Shown here in pieces: positions 1 to 13,901 of a stretch of DNA of 64,000 bases. Source of the DNA: Antedon mediterranea (Eukaryota; Animalia; Echinodermata); contig NC_092670.1 of the NCBI RefSeq assembly GCF_964355755.1, positions 28,818,388 to 28,882,387 of the forward strand, given 5' to 3'. Position 1 is the first letter of the stretch. Each line of letters opens with the position of its first letter. The position numbers and the translations under genes were made by a program. The notes below the pieces were generated by a model. The model saw nothing but the letters and a program-made list of their open reading frames with translations, was not told the origin of the DNA and searched no databases.

Positions 1-3000
1 TGCATCACGTGACTCAGCAGCATTCCATCGACGCTACAATTATTGTTAGTAGCTGAAATACATACAAATTGTACATTTTAAAAGTTGATATCGATTTCGT
101 ATAGCTAACCGCGCACGGTTTTTCGTTAAGAAAATAAAACTCCTAACGAAATGTTAATTTCAGCCTGGAAGGTTATATGATAACATTTATTAAAATACTA
201 AGCGTTTAAGAGATTAATTAGTACCGGTAAATGCTATCGTGTTAAATAATGTTCCTTCTCTGAAATTGGTAAAATACTTTTACAGTAATAAAAAGTTAAA
301 ATGAATAATTATTTATTATCAATTAATGTATTATTTTAAAACACAGATTCAATGCAATTTAGGCCCAGTTCTATTGAGAAAAAAAAGCAATTCTTCTATG
401 TGTTTATAGACAATTGTTGAATGAATGTCTTGATTCTTGAACATTTTGTGTGACATAACATAGAGATACAATATCTCTATGGGCATAATAAGGAGCACAA
501 AGTGTAAGTATATAAATGAAAATTCATAAATGAAAATTATTATCATTATTATGGGCCGTAGTTAAAAGTAAAACGTGTCTCTACTAAAGACCCTAAAACA
601 AAGACCCAAAACAAATACATTAATCTTAAGTTAATTAATTTTTTTCTACTAAAAATATACATGACTAAAGTATTAATACACAGAAACGCTTCCAACAAAT
701 AGGCTTCTTAATATATAAATAGTAAATGGTAGCCTATAGGCTAAATGATAAATGAATCATTTCATTTTTTTTTAAAAAGCGTAATGCTACCGTACTTATA
801 AAATGCGTTTTTTTTATATCGTCCGATTTTAAAATATTATTAAGATTTTATGCTCTTTTGGGCCTACCAATGCATTTAAAATAAATCAAATGGTTAATGG
901 TATATGGTCTATTTTAAACTTTAATCATTTGACTTTAATCATTAAACTCTCATGTGACTGTGTGTCTTATCGAATGATACTGCCGATAGCATTGGACCTT
1001 TTGATAGGGATTGATGTTCATGTCATATTTCCCCTTCAGACTGTGGTATTACATTTCAATTAGAACCATACAATGTCAGAATAAAAAGGAATACCAGGAG
1101 AGATTTTTTTTTATAATATTTAAACATATTTACTGGTTATACACAAAATAAACGCAAACATTCTTTGTTTTCTCCAAACATCATTATTGATTATTTGCAA
1201 CGTTAAGCCTATTATTAAAGTATTATTATCTGTCGTCTATTATTTTCCTTAAAATACCCTGTAAAAGGATAATTAAAAGAATTATTAGATCGTCATAATC
1301 ATCATCGTGGCCGTTGAATTTCTGTTTTGTTATTAAATTATGTTTATTGTACTTATGCTTATAATTATTACATTTTTTTTGTTTAATTTTTTATTTATTA
1401 CAGAATTATATATTTCATTTGGCATGATTTCCTTCAGCTGAAATCCATCCATAATAATAGCATCGAAAAAAAAATTTCAAACTGAAAAAAAATGTAGCAA
1501 TGGATTAGGCCTAGGCCTAATTCTATATAATTATTTTTAATTCCCATAGTTAGCCTTCGAAAAATCGAAATAGTGGAGTAGTCGAAATGCATAGAAAACT
1601 TGCTACTAGTTTTTTGCTTTCATTTGTTTGTGGCTACTTCGTTTTATAGTTCATTGATTTAAAAACAACCTCTGAGAACAAAGTATACTATATTATTATA
1701 TCGATGCGCCCGGATATTGATAATGACAAACGTGCAACTTAAAACTGGGACAGTTGTGTGTGTTACATTACATTACATTGCATCTGTATTTTTACATAGG
1801 CCTACATTCATTTATCACCATAGATTTGTTATGCTTAATTACTATATGACACTGTCTTGGTGTATGTATGTATCTCATAATTCCAATGCATTGCTGTGTG
1901 AACAGTTATTTCTTGAAAATTCATATTTTGTTCTTAATCCCGTGATAATTTGATAAGGATATACAGATAAAGAAACGCAGAAATAAATGAATAGCCTAAA
2001 GTATCATAATTTAAATAAATCACTTTTACTCTGTAATGATCCTTGTATCTTGTTGTTTTTTAATTAGCATTCAATTGATTAATTGATTATTTAATTGAAA
2101 ACATAATACAAAAGTGCGTTACTTTCTATCTTATTTTGAATTATAAGTTGTTTTACTAAACATGGATATTCGTTTAATGTAGGCCTAAAGCCGGAAACCC
2201 ATGCTTACAAACCTATCAGTTTTTAGTTTCATTTGTATGTTTATATGTCATGAAAAATCGTGCCTTTTATTGTTTGTTTTGATTTATACACTTATTTTAT
2301 TATAATTCATGATAAAGGCGTTCTGTGTCCCGGATGTCGATGCATTATAACAAAGACCATAATCATTTCTTAAATAGATTACGTGACTAATCGAGTGTGG
2401 GTGATGAGTGTCCAAATATCTGCTAACATTTATAACTATTTTCCAAACTACAAAAGTTTTATATTTGTTTATTTATTTATTATATTACTATATAAACTGT
2501 GTACATTCCTATACATAAATAGGTCGATGAGGTAGGCTTTCGAGTGGCACAGAAGTAACCTTTTAACCGATCATAATAATTTAAAGTTATTCATTGTAAG
2601 CGTTGTATAAGAATAATAATGCATAACAATGCTCCGGATAATTTGACTCCCGAGGGAACACAACAAGGGAGCACGGTGTTCATATTAAGGCTAGGCTATA
2701 AATATGGGCCTCGACTTTAGCCTAGTCATCTGTCGTTTCTCGTCACAGTTACTTAAACGACTGCCTGATGATAGTTTATTTATCTTGGGAAAACATAGAA
2801 AGGTATCCATCTCACATTATGAAGTCTGTATCATACAGTGTAGTACCTTTGCAATTAGTTGTCTGTTTACCATGGTTAATAAATACATTGCTTACAAATA
2901 CATATTGCATTGTAAGTGATGCAATTTAGCTACATGCATTCCTGTAAATATTTATATGTGTAATGTTTATATTAAACAAAGTATCACATTTCCTTTCACG

Positions 3001-3042
3001 TTATAAACCATTACATTTTGAGATTAAAGTTCTCACTTGAGT

Positions 3043-3215
3043 TGAGCTGTAGCTTGGTTGTTGATGTCATGCTTGCCTTCCAATCCCAGGGTTCAATCCT
3101 GACCCAGGGTTGTAACTCATAACTCTTTCAAATAAGCACGAAAAATTATAAAATAGTGTATCCATCCTTTATTTGTCGAGTATTTCGCTGTTGTATTAAA
3201 TTAATTAATTTTTGA
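3043..3215 (+). mobile_element. tRNA-derived SINE; family members also at ~35637 and 39712-39920
   Basis: Shared GAGCTGTAGCTTGGT (A box)...CAGGGTTCAATCCTG (B box)...GGGTTGTAACTCA...ACTCTTTCAA. Confidence 0.7.
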
Positions 3216-3914
3216 TATACAATGCTGTAAAGAAGAGGTATTTTTTATATATTTCAGTGACTACCTCTTTTGTGATTTTCTTTTCAGATTTTATTTTTAT
3301 TGCATAAATATAATTTACAAGAATCTTTAAAACCGAAATAATGACTTTAAAGTGGAAAATTCGGAAGGTTGGTACTTTTAATAAATGGAAGGTAACATTT
3401 AGAATCTAATAAATGCTATAAGGCTTGCCAATCACAAGATGTTTTTCTCATCTTTCGGGCATTTGCCTTTAATACCGCATCTGACTAGGCTTTTTTCATT
3501 ATCTTCTAGCTTTGTATTTTCTTATCTTTTTTGTCAGAGTTTGTGCGTATGTGTATGTGTATGTTATGAAATGTAAATGTAAGATATGTATCCCATATTT
3601 TCCACATTGTTGTGATTATGTTCAATTTTGGTAATATTTTTTATTAGGAATAATCTATTTAGGTGATCATTTAGAATAAAATGATCACCTATTGTTATTT
3701 TATTATTATTTTTTTAACTCACTCAATTTTTAATTAGGCCTATTTATTTTATTTTGTAGATTGTAATGTGTTTAATTCTATGCTTTTGTTGGATCTATTT
3801 TTTCTCAAAATGAGATTAATTTATTTTTTTAAAGCACTGTTTTAAATTGATGTAATGTACCGTACTATTTTTGGTTTCTATTATCAAAATATCTTGTGTT
3901 GTATTGCTAACGGC

Positions 3915-4170
3915 TCAGGATGGTATTTTGTAGATCCGGTCACAGACGTAGTTGATACGTGAAAACTCGCGAAACATGGCCGCTGAGACGTCAAATTACT
4001 GTTGTTTTTTGCCTTTTTTTGTGTGTGTATCTTAAAATTCAGGAAAGTGATAAAATAGCCTATCGTGTGCGACCCATCAAGAAACATTAGTGTGCCACTA
4101 ATGTGAGCATGTATCATTCAGTGGTTTCGGAGGAGATACGTAAAATTACGCTACCAATAGTAGCATTAAT
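3915..4170 (-). repeat. Fragment of Helitron family B
   Basis: Closely matches 60881-61120 (aaacatggcYgctgagacgtcaaattactg...ttcaggaaagtgata...ggagatacgtaaaattac). Confidence 0.75.
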
Positions 4171-5339
4171 ATGATAATAATAAACGGGACGTGGGTATTC
4201 TTTTTTTGTAAATTAAATCAATTAATGAATTTATAATTGTTTAAATATAATATTGTAAACACAATTAAAAATAGTGTGCATATTATTACTTTTCACTTGC
4301 CAACAATTAACAATTATTGTTTAATTAGTACTTTTGATAATAATGAAAGCACAAAAGACAAAAAAATAATAATATACCGTATACAATAAAATCAATTATA
4401 ATGCGTCATGTCAAATTTCAATTGTTTTTCAAGCACAGTAGGCCTACACGCGACCAATGAAAACAACTGCCAAATGCTGATTTAATTTTCGTGGAAATAT
4501 AACAATTTTATACTATTGAAATATATTTTTATTCATTTTCCTAATAATATCTTGCTTATAAAATGATTGTCAATACCGGGGATTGTTGTTCACTATATTT
4601 TTAGATTTCTTTTATTGATTAAGTTTAAATAATTTAATGAAGGTATGATAGGTCATGCAGGCCTACACAAAAACACATGGAGGATAACAAATGATTATGA
4701 ATTTATAGCCGTATTACAAAACAAAAACAAAACACTTCTCTAAAACTTTCTTTAAAAATACAAGTAGGCCTATAATTCATATTTTAAAAATTCATTTGTG
4801 CAGTCCTGACGAAGATTAGGCCTATTAATGTACCGCACAAAAGGAGTCATACTCTATACTAATTTAATACTTTTGCGTTTAAACCCCCAATCGTTCTTTT
4901 ACTCAAGTAAATCAATTATTGATAGTCAACCACAAAAAAATGTAAACGAAACTGGCCTCTGTAAACTAAAACGTAATTAGGGGCCTATACATGTCATATG
5001 CTGACAATCAAGGGGCCCTCATATAAACATATTTAAAACAAACATAAGAAAACACAAAGAACATACAAAAATACTGTATACTATACAACAACTAAATATA
5101 CTACTGTACGTAGCGCCTTTTCTTTCGGCCGGTTGTCAAACGTTTTTATTAGGAGTGGAGTTGTTGTTGGGATGCTTGGCTACCACTCCAAGTCCCATCA
5201 CATGTCAGGATTTTTTCTAAGGACAAAATTACAACTCCACTCCCAAAGACTTGTAATAAGACTTTGTTTATGTAGAGCATCTTGTGTATATTTTGTCTTG
5301 TGAACCTCTGAGGGTCCCTGGATGGATCACCATCAATAA

Positions 5340-5430
5340 ATATGGTAAAAAAAAGAAAGAACAGACTTAAAATAATTTAGTGACATCGCATTTCTGAGTT
5401 CAGAGGGAAGCATATTTAGATAAGCTCTGT
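5340..5430 (-). mobile_element. Degenerate LINE ORF2 C-terminal fragment
   Basis: NMLPSELRNAMSLNYFKSVL resembles the WNxLPxxIRxxxSLxxFKxxL end of CR1/L2 ORF2. Confidence 0.4.
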
Positions 5431-7676
5431 AAATACAATTGTGGAAAAGGGACGACACATTTTCTTTCAATGGCACTTCACAGGGCAAGGTATTCCGGAG
5501 CAAAACTATTGGCAAAACTGTAGGCAAGGCAGTCCGATGATGCGATTTTGGACTGTATGCAGATTTAAGGTGTTGTAAATGTTAATTCGTAGTGTTAGAG
5601 GATGAGTTTTGATGCGAAGGGTTTATTTTACATGGTTTGTATTCGTTTAATACTAGATAGGCTAATTAATTAGTAATGAATCCGTTTGTCATAGATTGAA
5701 ATGAGCCTTTTGTTTAAAATAAAACTCGGCCGATACCACCGCAAACGTATACGGTACATTATATACAATTCAACTATATACAAATTGTTTATGGAGATCA
5801 GACGCCATTTTACGTTGTAAACGGTTTTAAAATGTTGCTTACGGTAATAAAGCAGTTTTAATTTTTTTTAAATCAATTATTTAATACCAGTGCCTTTGGA
5901 GTAAATTAATAATACAATGTTTTGTTGAGTCGGTAATATGCAGTTGTTCAGATTATCAATGAAAAAAGAAACGATTCATACTTTTTGTTGAAATTAGAGT
6001 TTAATGTAGATTCAAATATTAGGATTAAATTAATAATAGACAGTTTGTCTCAACTTAAACATTACCCCAAAACCGTGTAATCCTGTCTGTGTATCATTGT
6101 TAGGCCTATTGCTTATTACATGTTCAATTTATTTGTTTGTGTTTTAACAAATCATATTATAAAATAATATGTATAATGGTAACACTATATAAAACATAAA
6201 TTCAAATGTTGGTTTAATTTTCCAGTAATATAACATTCGTTGTTCGAGTATTATACCATTGGAAACACCAGCATTCCACCATTCAATTAGCTTCATAAAG
6301 GTAAACTTTTAACGATATCCCTTCTTTTGTTTTGTTTTTTTTTCCTTACGTGAGTTCGTCGCACTTTTATTGCCATATGCATTTCTCTTAACATTGTTAA
6401 TTTACCCACTTCCTCTTTTCTTTTTAATTTAAGTTTCTGTATTTTTCGTATGTTTTTTTCGGTATTGTTCTGAACGAATGGTAAAGGGTAATTGTAAAGA
6501 ATAAATTGAGAAAAGTCTGAGGTTTTATCAATTTTATTTATAAAAAACTAAAATGACGCCAAGTAATGTGTGTAAAAGTTATAATATTTTATGAATTTAT
6601 TTTCGTTTTGTAAAAAGTGAGTAATGCTTGTAACAGGCTGTACGCTGTCATTAGTCATTGTGTTACGGAGAATCGAAATAGACTCACTTAATTTTAACAG
6701 AATGTTACTAGACCAATGATTTTAAAATTATAGGCTGAGATTTGTTCTCTATTGTTTGTATGTGTGTTTAAACACCTACCCTCTTAAATACGAGTAATAC
6801 AAACACTGACATATTGTACATTAGTTTGGTGTAAGCCTATCTCGAGTGTAAACAAAGGCGTTTAGGGGAGTGTCAATACGTCATGAGTGACGTAGCCCTA
6901 TACTGTGTATATATAAAATATAAATACCTTCTAGTAAGAACAGGTGGCGAACGGTTAAGGCGACTTTCTGTGGAAGAGAATGTAGGCCTATTGCCTTGAA
7001 AATTGCTTAATACTATTCAACTAATATACAAAAAAAGTGATTTTAAATGATATACCCTTTGTTCGTTAATATTGAATATAGCGGCAGATGTGGGTGTAGG
7101 TGAAGATAATTGAAACTTCAAACTATAAGCAACCCATAATTATCTTGTTGAAAGAGAAACCATTCCAAATGTTGTATTGAGATATATACGGTAAGCCATG
7201 ATAACAGTTAACAATAGACAGAAAGAATGTATGGGAAAAATCGTAATAAGCGCATAATAAACGGAGGTTTATCATAAGGTAAAATAATGGATTATTTTAA
7301 TGTCGTTGGAACATTACAAAACGATTTGGACTGTATGTCTCTGTGGTGTGGCACTCATGATTTGTATTGCTCTTCGGTGATTATGCATTAAAGTGATATG
7401 ATAAGCTCATTATCTAGATGACGTATAATAATCAATTTTCTGCCTGCTCATATAATGTATGTAGCACGTTGAATACGAATATTTTTATAGGCCTTATAAT
7501 AGATAATTTACAGCAGTATAACTAGATGCTACATTTACAAAGCGGAAAATGTATTAAAAATTGTTGAAATATTATAATTATTATTTAAGAACAGTTAAAT
7601 ATTTTATATTAAATATTGGCCAAAGGTTTTTTAAAAAATGCTTTATTCTTATTAAACAAGTTTGAAAAGATGCTAA

Positions 7677-8900
7677 TTTGTATAGTTTGTTTAATTTGTA
7701 TATAGTATTACACGCATTCATTTGTATAGTATTGCACGCATTCATTTGTATAGTATTGCACGCATTCATTTGTATAGTATTGCACGCATTCATTTGTATA
7801 AGTATTGCACGCATTCATTGTATAGTATTGCAGGCATTCATTTGTATAGTATTGAACGCATTCATTTGAATTGTATAGTATTGCACGCATTCATTTGTAT
7901 AGTATTGCACGCAGTCATTTGTATAGTATTGCATGCATTCATTTGTATAGTATTGCACGCATTCGTTTGTATAGTATTGCACGCATTCATTTGTATAAGT
8001 ATTGCACGCATTCATTGTATAGTATTGCACGCATTCATTTGTATAGTATTGCACGCATTCATTTGTATAAGTATTGCATGCATTCATTGTATATTAGTTA
8101 AGGTCCTATGTAAAGCACCTAGAGGGGTCAGTGATCCATTAGGCGCTATATAAATACTGTTTATTATTATTATTATAGTATTGCAGGCATTCATTAATTG
8201 TATAGTATTGAACGCATTCATTTGAATTGTATAGTATTGCACGCATTCATTGTATAGTATTGCACGCATTCATTTGTATAGTATTGCACGCATTCATTTA
8301 AATTGTATAGTATTGCACGCATTTATTTGTATAGTATTGCACGCATTCATTGTATAGTATTGCACGCATTCATTTGTATAGTATTGCACGCATTCATTGT
8401 ATAGTATTGCACGCATTCATTTGAATTGTATAGTATTGCACGCATTCATTTGAATTGTATAGTATTGCACGCATTCATTTGTATAGTATTGCACGCATTC
8501 ATTTGAATTGTATAGTATTGCACGCATTCATTTGTATAGTATTGAACGCATTCATTTGAATTGTATAGTATTGCACGCATTCATTGTATAGTATTGCACG
8601 CATTCATTTGTATAGTATTGCACGCATTCATTTGAATTGTATAGTATTGCACGCATTCATTTGTATAGTATTGCACGCATTCATTTGAATTGTATAGTAT
8701 TGCACGCATTCATTTGTATAGTATTGCACGCATTCATTTGAATTGTTGTATAGTATTGCACGGATTCATTTGTATAGTATTGCACGCATTCATTTGAATT
8801 GTATAGTATTGCACGCATTCATTTGAATTGTATAGTATTGCACGCATTCATTTGTATAGTATTGCACGCATTCATTTGTTTAGTATTGCACGCATTCATG
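7677..8900. repeat. 24-bp minisatellite (TGTATAGTATTGCACGCATTCATT), ~45 copies
   Basis: Direct tandem units with 23/25/29-bp variants, interrupted at ~8092-8176. Confidence 0.95.
8092..8176 (+). mobile_element. LINE/SINE 3' tail (L2-like) inside the minisatellite
   Basis: TGTAAAGCACCTAGAG...GGCGCTATATAAATAC...(TTA)n tail. Confidence 0.6.
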
Positions 8901-9499
8901 TGCACTTGATTTGAATTACTTTCATTTCAACCCGCCGACCTTCCTCGATTAGGCCTTGTCAATAGAGCTATTACAGAACTTGTAATTCAATGACTTAGAA
9001 TAAATTTAGATATTGCTTAAAAGAAAAATTTCCTTAGGTTTTCTTAATAGTACGCATTTGTAAGAACGGAAAATAGGCCTAGGCTATAGGAAAACGTTAT
9101 GAATTTATAAACGTTTTGAATTTAGGTAAAATTTTAATGATTTGATATCTCATTTTGTCACAGTTTTTTTCTTTTTTATTGCAACCATTTTTTACAATGT
9201 GACAAAATATTTCTCTGCAAACTTTGGTTATATCTAAAGCTAACCTATTTAAATTGTAGGCCTACTTACTAACCCTAGGCCTACATAATTTGCAATCAAT
9301 AACATAAATGGAACTTATCAGTTTCATTTAATCCTTATGTTATACAATATATCTGATTAAAATATTTATTTATCGATTGTCGATGTCCATATTTGATGTG
9401 ATTAGTATAATAGTAACACATTGCAAAATCTCTTACATCGTTGTTTCATAAAATATAGTGAGAATAATTACTTCTCTTCAAGGCATTTGAACAATATCA

Positions 9500-9579
9500 A
9501 GCAGTACAGAGTGGTGCAGCGGAAGCGTGCTGCTGGGCCCATAACCCAGAGGTCCGAGTATTGAAACCTCGATCTGCTA
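9500..9579 (+). pseudogene. Degenerate initiator tRNA-Met (CAT) copy
   Basis: AGCAG..AGAGTGGTGCAGCGGAAGCGTGC(TGC)TGGGCCCATAACCCAGAGGTCCGAGTATTGAAACCTCGATCTGCTA followed by a T-run. It matches eukaryotic tRNA-iMet but has short insertions and T-arm changes. Confidence 0.8.
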
Positions 9580-9761
9580 AGATTTTTTTTTAAATAGAAA
9601 TTTAAACATATTTCGCCATAACGTTGAAAATAAATTCTGACTTTTGGCCTTTTAGTGAAGCATATAATAGTGGCTCAGCGACAGCGTAAGAGTCAATCCA
9701 GCTGAAATATCGCGTTGATGGTCTTTTACTTTTTCTAATAGTCACTGGGATGAGGGGGGAC

Positions 9762-11805
9762 TGTTGAACCCACAAATGTGAAAACGCCCACAAATGTGAA
9801 AACAACCACAAATGTGAAAACGCATCACCCACAAATGTGAAAACAACCACAAATGTGAAAACGCATCACCCACAAATGTGAAAACAACCACAAATGTGAA
9901 AACGCATCAACCACAAATGTGAAAACAGCGCCCACAAATGTGAAAACGATCATCGCCCACAAATGTGATAACGCCCACAAATGTAAAAACAAGAGAGACT
10001 TTTTCGCCCACAAATGTAAAAAAATCAGATCAAATTTAATGCTAGATTCAGACAAACATTATATCATGATTGTATTGAGTTGTTTGTTCACGATACGTCT
10101 GTTAGGGTCGTCGTTAACACGTTGGATTATTATCATTTGCTGCTCGTGCGCGCGATATTTGCACGTTAACTCGTTTGTTTAATGAACGTAATAGTTCAAG
10201 ACAATATTTGTTATTTGCTGCGCGCGTGCACGATACTTCAAGGTCAAGGCCATGTTATATCATTGTTGGTTATTAACTCGTTGGCTTACTGTTATGTACG
10301 TATAGTTCCAAGTCGATGCTCGATTCGATGTTTTTGGGCGCGTACACGATACTACAAGGTCATATATCATTGCTGCTTGAAGTGCAGTTGGGCTTACTAT
10401 ATTAGTATTATGTACGTATTATAGCTCCAAGTCGATGCTCGGTGTACACGATACTACAAGATCAATGCTATACTCGTCGTTCAGTTGTTGCAGTAGTTCC
10501 TAATGTTCAATTTTTTTACAAAACTATAACCACAAGATAATAATACAAGAGCTAGAGCAAGAACAACTAATAAAAGAATATTTCTTTATTTTAGAGCGAT
10601 AAACAAATTGTAACATAGAATAATACCGTAACACCAATATCCAACCAAACATAATACACGATACGATAGTATCAAACTTGTCACGAACATGTATTCTATA
10701 AAACATACTATGAAATCTATAACAATTATACTAATGGACAAAACTTCCTACTATAGGCCTACTACTATTTACATTCGTGGTTTAATCTGATGCTTATTGT
10801 TTAATTTGTATATCTATTTTTAGAGGATAATTATAAAGATATACGGAGAATAATATTACCTATTGAATGCATTACAATTTAACTGATTTACTATCAAACG
10901 TATATTCGACAATTTTTATGTATAATATAATTATAAGTAAATAAGTCAACGTACAAGGTATAACGGTATTGTTAATGAGGAACAAACTGGCTTCATGAAT
11001 TACCTAACAAAATATTTGAGTTGCAATGCGATTAAATAATGTTATCTACTAATAGTAGGCTTACACTTGATTGGAGATGCCTATAACACTGTATGAGCAT
11101 TAGAAGTCATAACAGTAAGCCAACGAGTTAATAACCACACACTACATACAAGTAGCAATTTAACCTTGACCTTGTTGTATCGTGTGCGTGCAAAAAAAAA
11201 AATATCGAACATCGACTTATAACTATACGTACATAATAGTAAGCCAACAACCACACAGTAGAAGCAACAATGATATAACATGGCCTTGACCTTGAAGTAT
11301 AGTGCACGCGCGCAGCAAATAACAAATATCGTCTTGAACTATTACGTTCATTAAACAAACGAGTTTACGTGCAAATATCGCGTGCATGAGCAGCAAATTA
11401 TAATAATCCAACGCGTTAACCACGACCCTAACAGACGTATCGTGAACAAACAATTATTGAAACAACTCAATACAATCATGATATAATGTAGTACCTCGAT
11501 CAAAATTGTTTGAGTCTAGAATTAAATTTCATCTGATTTTTTTTTTTTACATTTGTGGCCGAAAAATTCTCTTTTTTTTTTACATTTGTGGGCGTTATCA
11601 CATTTGTGGGCGATGATCGTTTTCACATTTGTGGGCGCTGTTTATTACATTTGTGGTTGATGCGTTTTCACATTTGTGGTTGTTTTCACATTTGTGGGTG
11701 ATGCGTTTTCACATTTGTGGTTGTTTTCACATTTGTGGGTGATGCGTTTTCACATTTGTGGTTGTTTTCACATTTGTGGGCGTTTTTACATTTGTGGGTT
11801 CAACA
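9762..11805. mobile_element. Foldback DNA transposon with TGT...ACA ends (Ginger2-like, non-autonomous)
   Basis: TGTTGAACCCACAAATGT...ACATTTGTGGGTTCAACA flanked by 5-bp TSD GGGAC (9757-61 / 11806-10). ~700-bp inverted arms with tandem CCACAAATGTGAAAAC subrepeats. Superfamily inferred from termini only. Confidence 0.8.
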
Positions 11806-13753
11806 GGGACATTGATTACTCTTCAACGCCTTTCTCCAGCAGAAGTCCGTGAAATTCACTGGTTCTAACGAGTATTTATTTTTCACCTTAACAAAATTAA
11901 TGTATGCGTTTTCGCAACCAGGTGATTCCTTTTAACGACTTAAACACAGTGGCACAGTTGAGCTTCAAGTGGGATACCCGGGTCCGAAGATCGAACTTTC
12001 TATTTTTGTATATTTCAGGTTTTTAAGCTAATTCTCAGAACTAAAACAACGGAACCGAGTCAAAGAAATGTTGGATGTTTGGTAGTCATTGCAGAAAATA
12101 CTATACTGCTGAGTATAGGCCTACTTGTTATTCATTAGAATAGATTTCTTATTGCACTTTGATATTTAAACATTGTTTAATTTAATAATAGTCTTCATTG
12201 AATTCAATATTACCAGTGCATTTTTCGATCGTTGCGGCATTATGCGTTAAAACCTAATCATTATTATTTTATTATTCGCAAACTTATAAAATAATAAATG
12301 TGCAATGGAACAAATATTTTCATTCGATGCATTCGCCTCGTGAACATTTCATCTTTCACCTCATGAACATATTTGTACCATTGGCATCATGTGACATTCT
12401 ATAAATTTATACACAGTACGGTACCGTATATTTATACAAATTATTTAATTTCGCTTTTTAATTTGTTAATTATTAATTAATAATTTTTTAAAGGTAATTG
12501 GAGAAGGCAGGCACTAAAATAACCGAAAATTATCAATTTAATAAATTCAATCTAAAAATGTTTGTACTATCTCTTAAATGGATTATTTTAATACTTATTC
12601 GATATTATAATAGGCCTGATTGTGTCTTTGTGAGTAAATTGGAAATATAATAATGTTGAAATACATAATTTAATAATAAATTATTAAATATAGGCCTAGC
12701 CTATTTATAAATAATTGAATAATGATTGAAATAATGAAATAAGGTAACTCCAAACAGACGTTTTATTACGGTTTAATCTGAAATTATGAGTGGATTTAAT
12801 GTTTCAGTTCAGCAAAAATTTTGTCTCATTATTATGATAATAAGTCAATACTTGCATTATGGCGTGATTGGGTACAGTAGGCTTGTATGTACATGTTCGT
12901 CGTATTTTATAATATTGTATATTTTATAAACAAATTGTCGTATAATTTGTAATAAGCTGTCGTATTGCTGTAAAGAACTTGTATTTTGTAATAACTTGAG
13001 TTGAGCGAGCAGCAGCAGCAGCTGTCAAATTGTGTGACCCTCGTATTTTGTACGGTAATATATCGAGCTGTCATATTCTGTATATTGTCGTTTGTAATAA
13101 CGCTAGGCCTAATTGTCGTTCGTAATAACGTTAGGGGGGGGGGGGGGCCTCTATAATTACGGTACAGTTACACTTGAATGTTATTATCTGATGTTTGGTT
13201 TATTATGCATATGAGGTCACATGTTGGTAACAACTTATTTAACTGATATTATTGTTATCTTCCAACAACTTTACTTAGTATCTCATATATCTTCGTTTTG
13301 TCGGTCAGTCGGTCAAAGTGGGTCAGTCTCCGGTCATCACATCCCATTAGGCCTCAGTCTGTTACGGGTATGCCAAAAAATGAACATTAATCAAATCAGA
13401 CTTTGAATAGGTTATTTTGTAGTTTTTAATATTTAATCACTTTTCGTTAAAAAAATATGTTTTCACTTATAAAATGACAAAATAAATGGTTAAATTTAAC
13501 CAAAAACCCATTGGCTGGCAGCCAATTTGACTATTTTTTGCTTTAGGCCTAAATTAGTTTTTTCAGGTAAATAATTGTTTATTGTTTAATATCATAATTC
13601 TAGCAAAAGAAGAATAGGATCGATCCGAAGAATAAAACGAAATATAATTTCTATATTATTCAATAGGTCTGCCTACAGTTACGTAGGCCTACTAATTTTG
13701 TTGGATTCACAAGGTCGCAAAACTTAAAAGTTCACGCAAACAATTAATTAGTT

Positions 13754-13770
13754 AGCGCCCTCTGCTGGTG
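13754..13770 (-). promoter_or_regulatory. CTCF-consensus motif upstream of MOB4
   Basis: Reverse strand CACCAGCAGAGGGCGCT matches CCASYAGRKGGCRS; about 130 bp upstream of the ATG, next to a CpG-rich patch. Confidence 0.55.
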
Positions 13771-13901
13771 AAACTCAAAATAAACACAATTATCAAAGAT
13801 TTTATTATTCTTTGGTTTTTATCTAGGCCTAGGCCTCCTATATAGCGCCGCGCCGCGCGATCTCTATGCTATAATTGCAATTAATAATCATCAAATCAAA
13901 C

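Noticed and set aside
1-7500. Short ORFs in the first 7.5 kb
   Set aside because: Low-complexity AT-rich translations with no coherent exon chain.
7581-8269. Multiple ORFs over the 24-bp array; possible CRISPR array
   Set aside because: Head-to-tail satellite with no unique spacers and no cas genes, in eukaryotic context.
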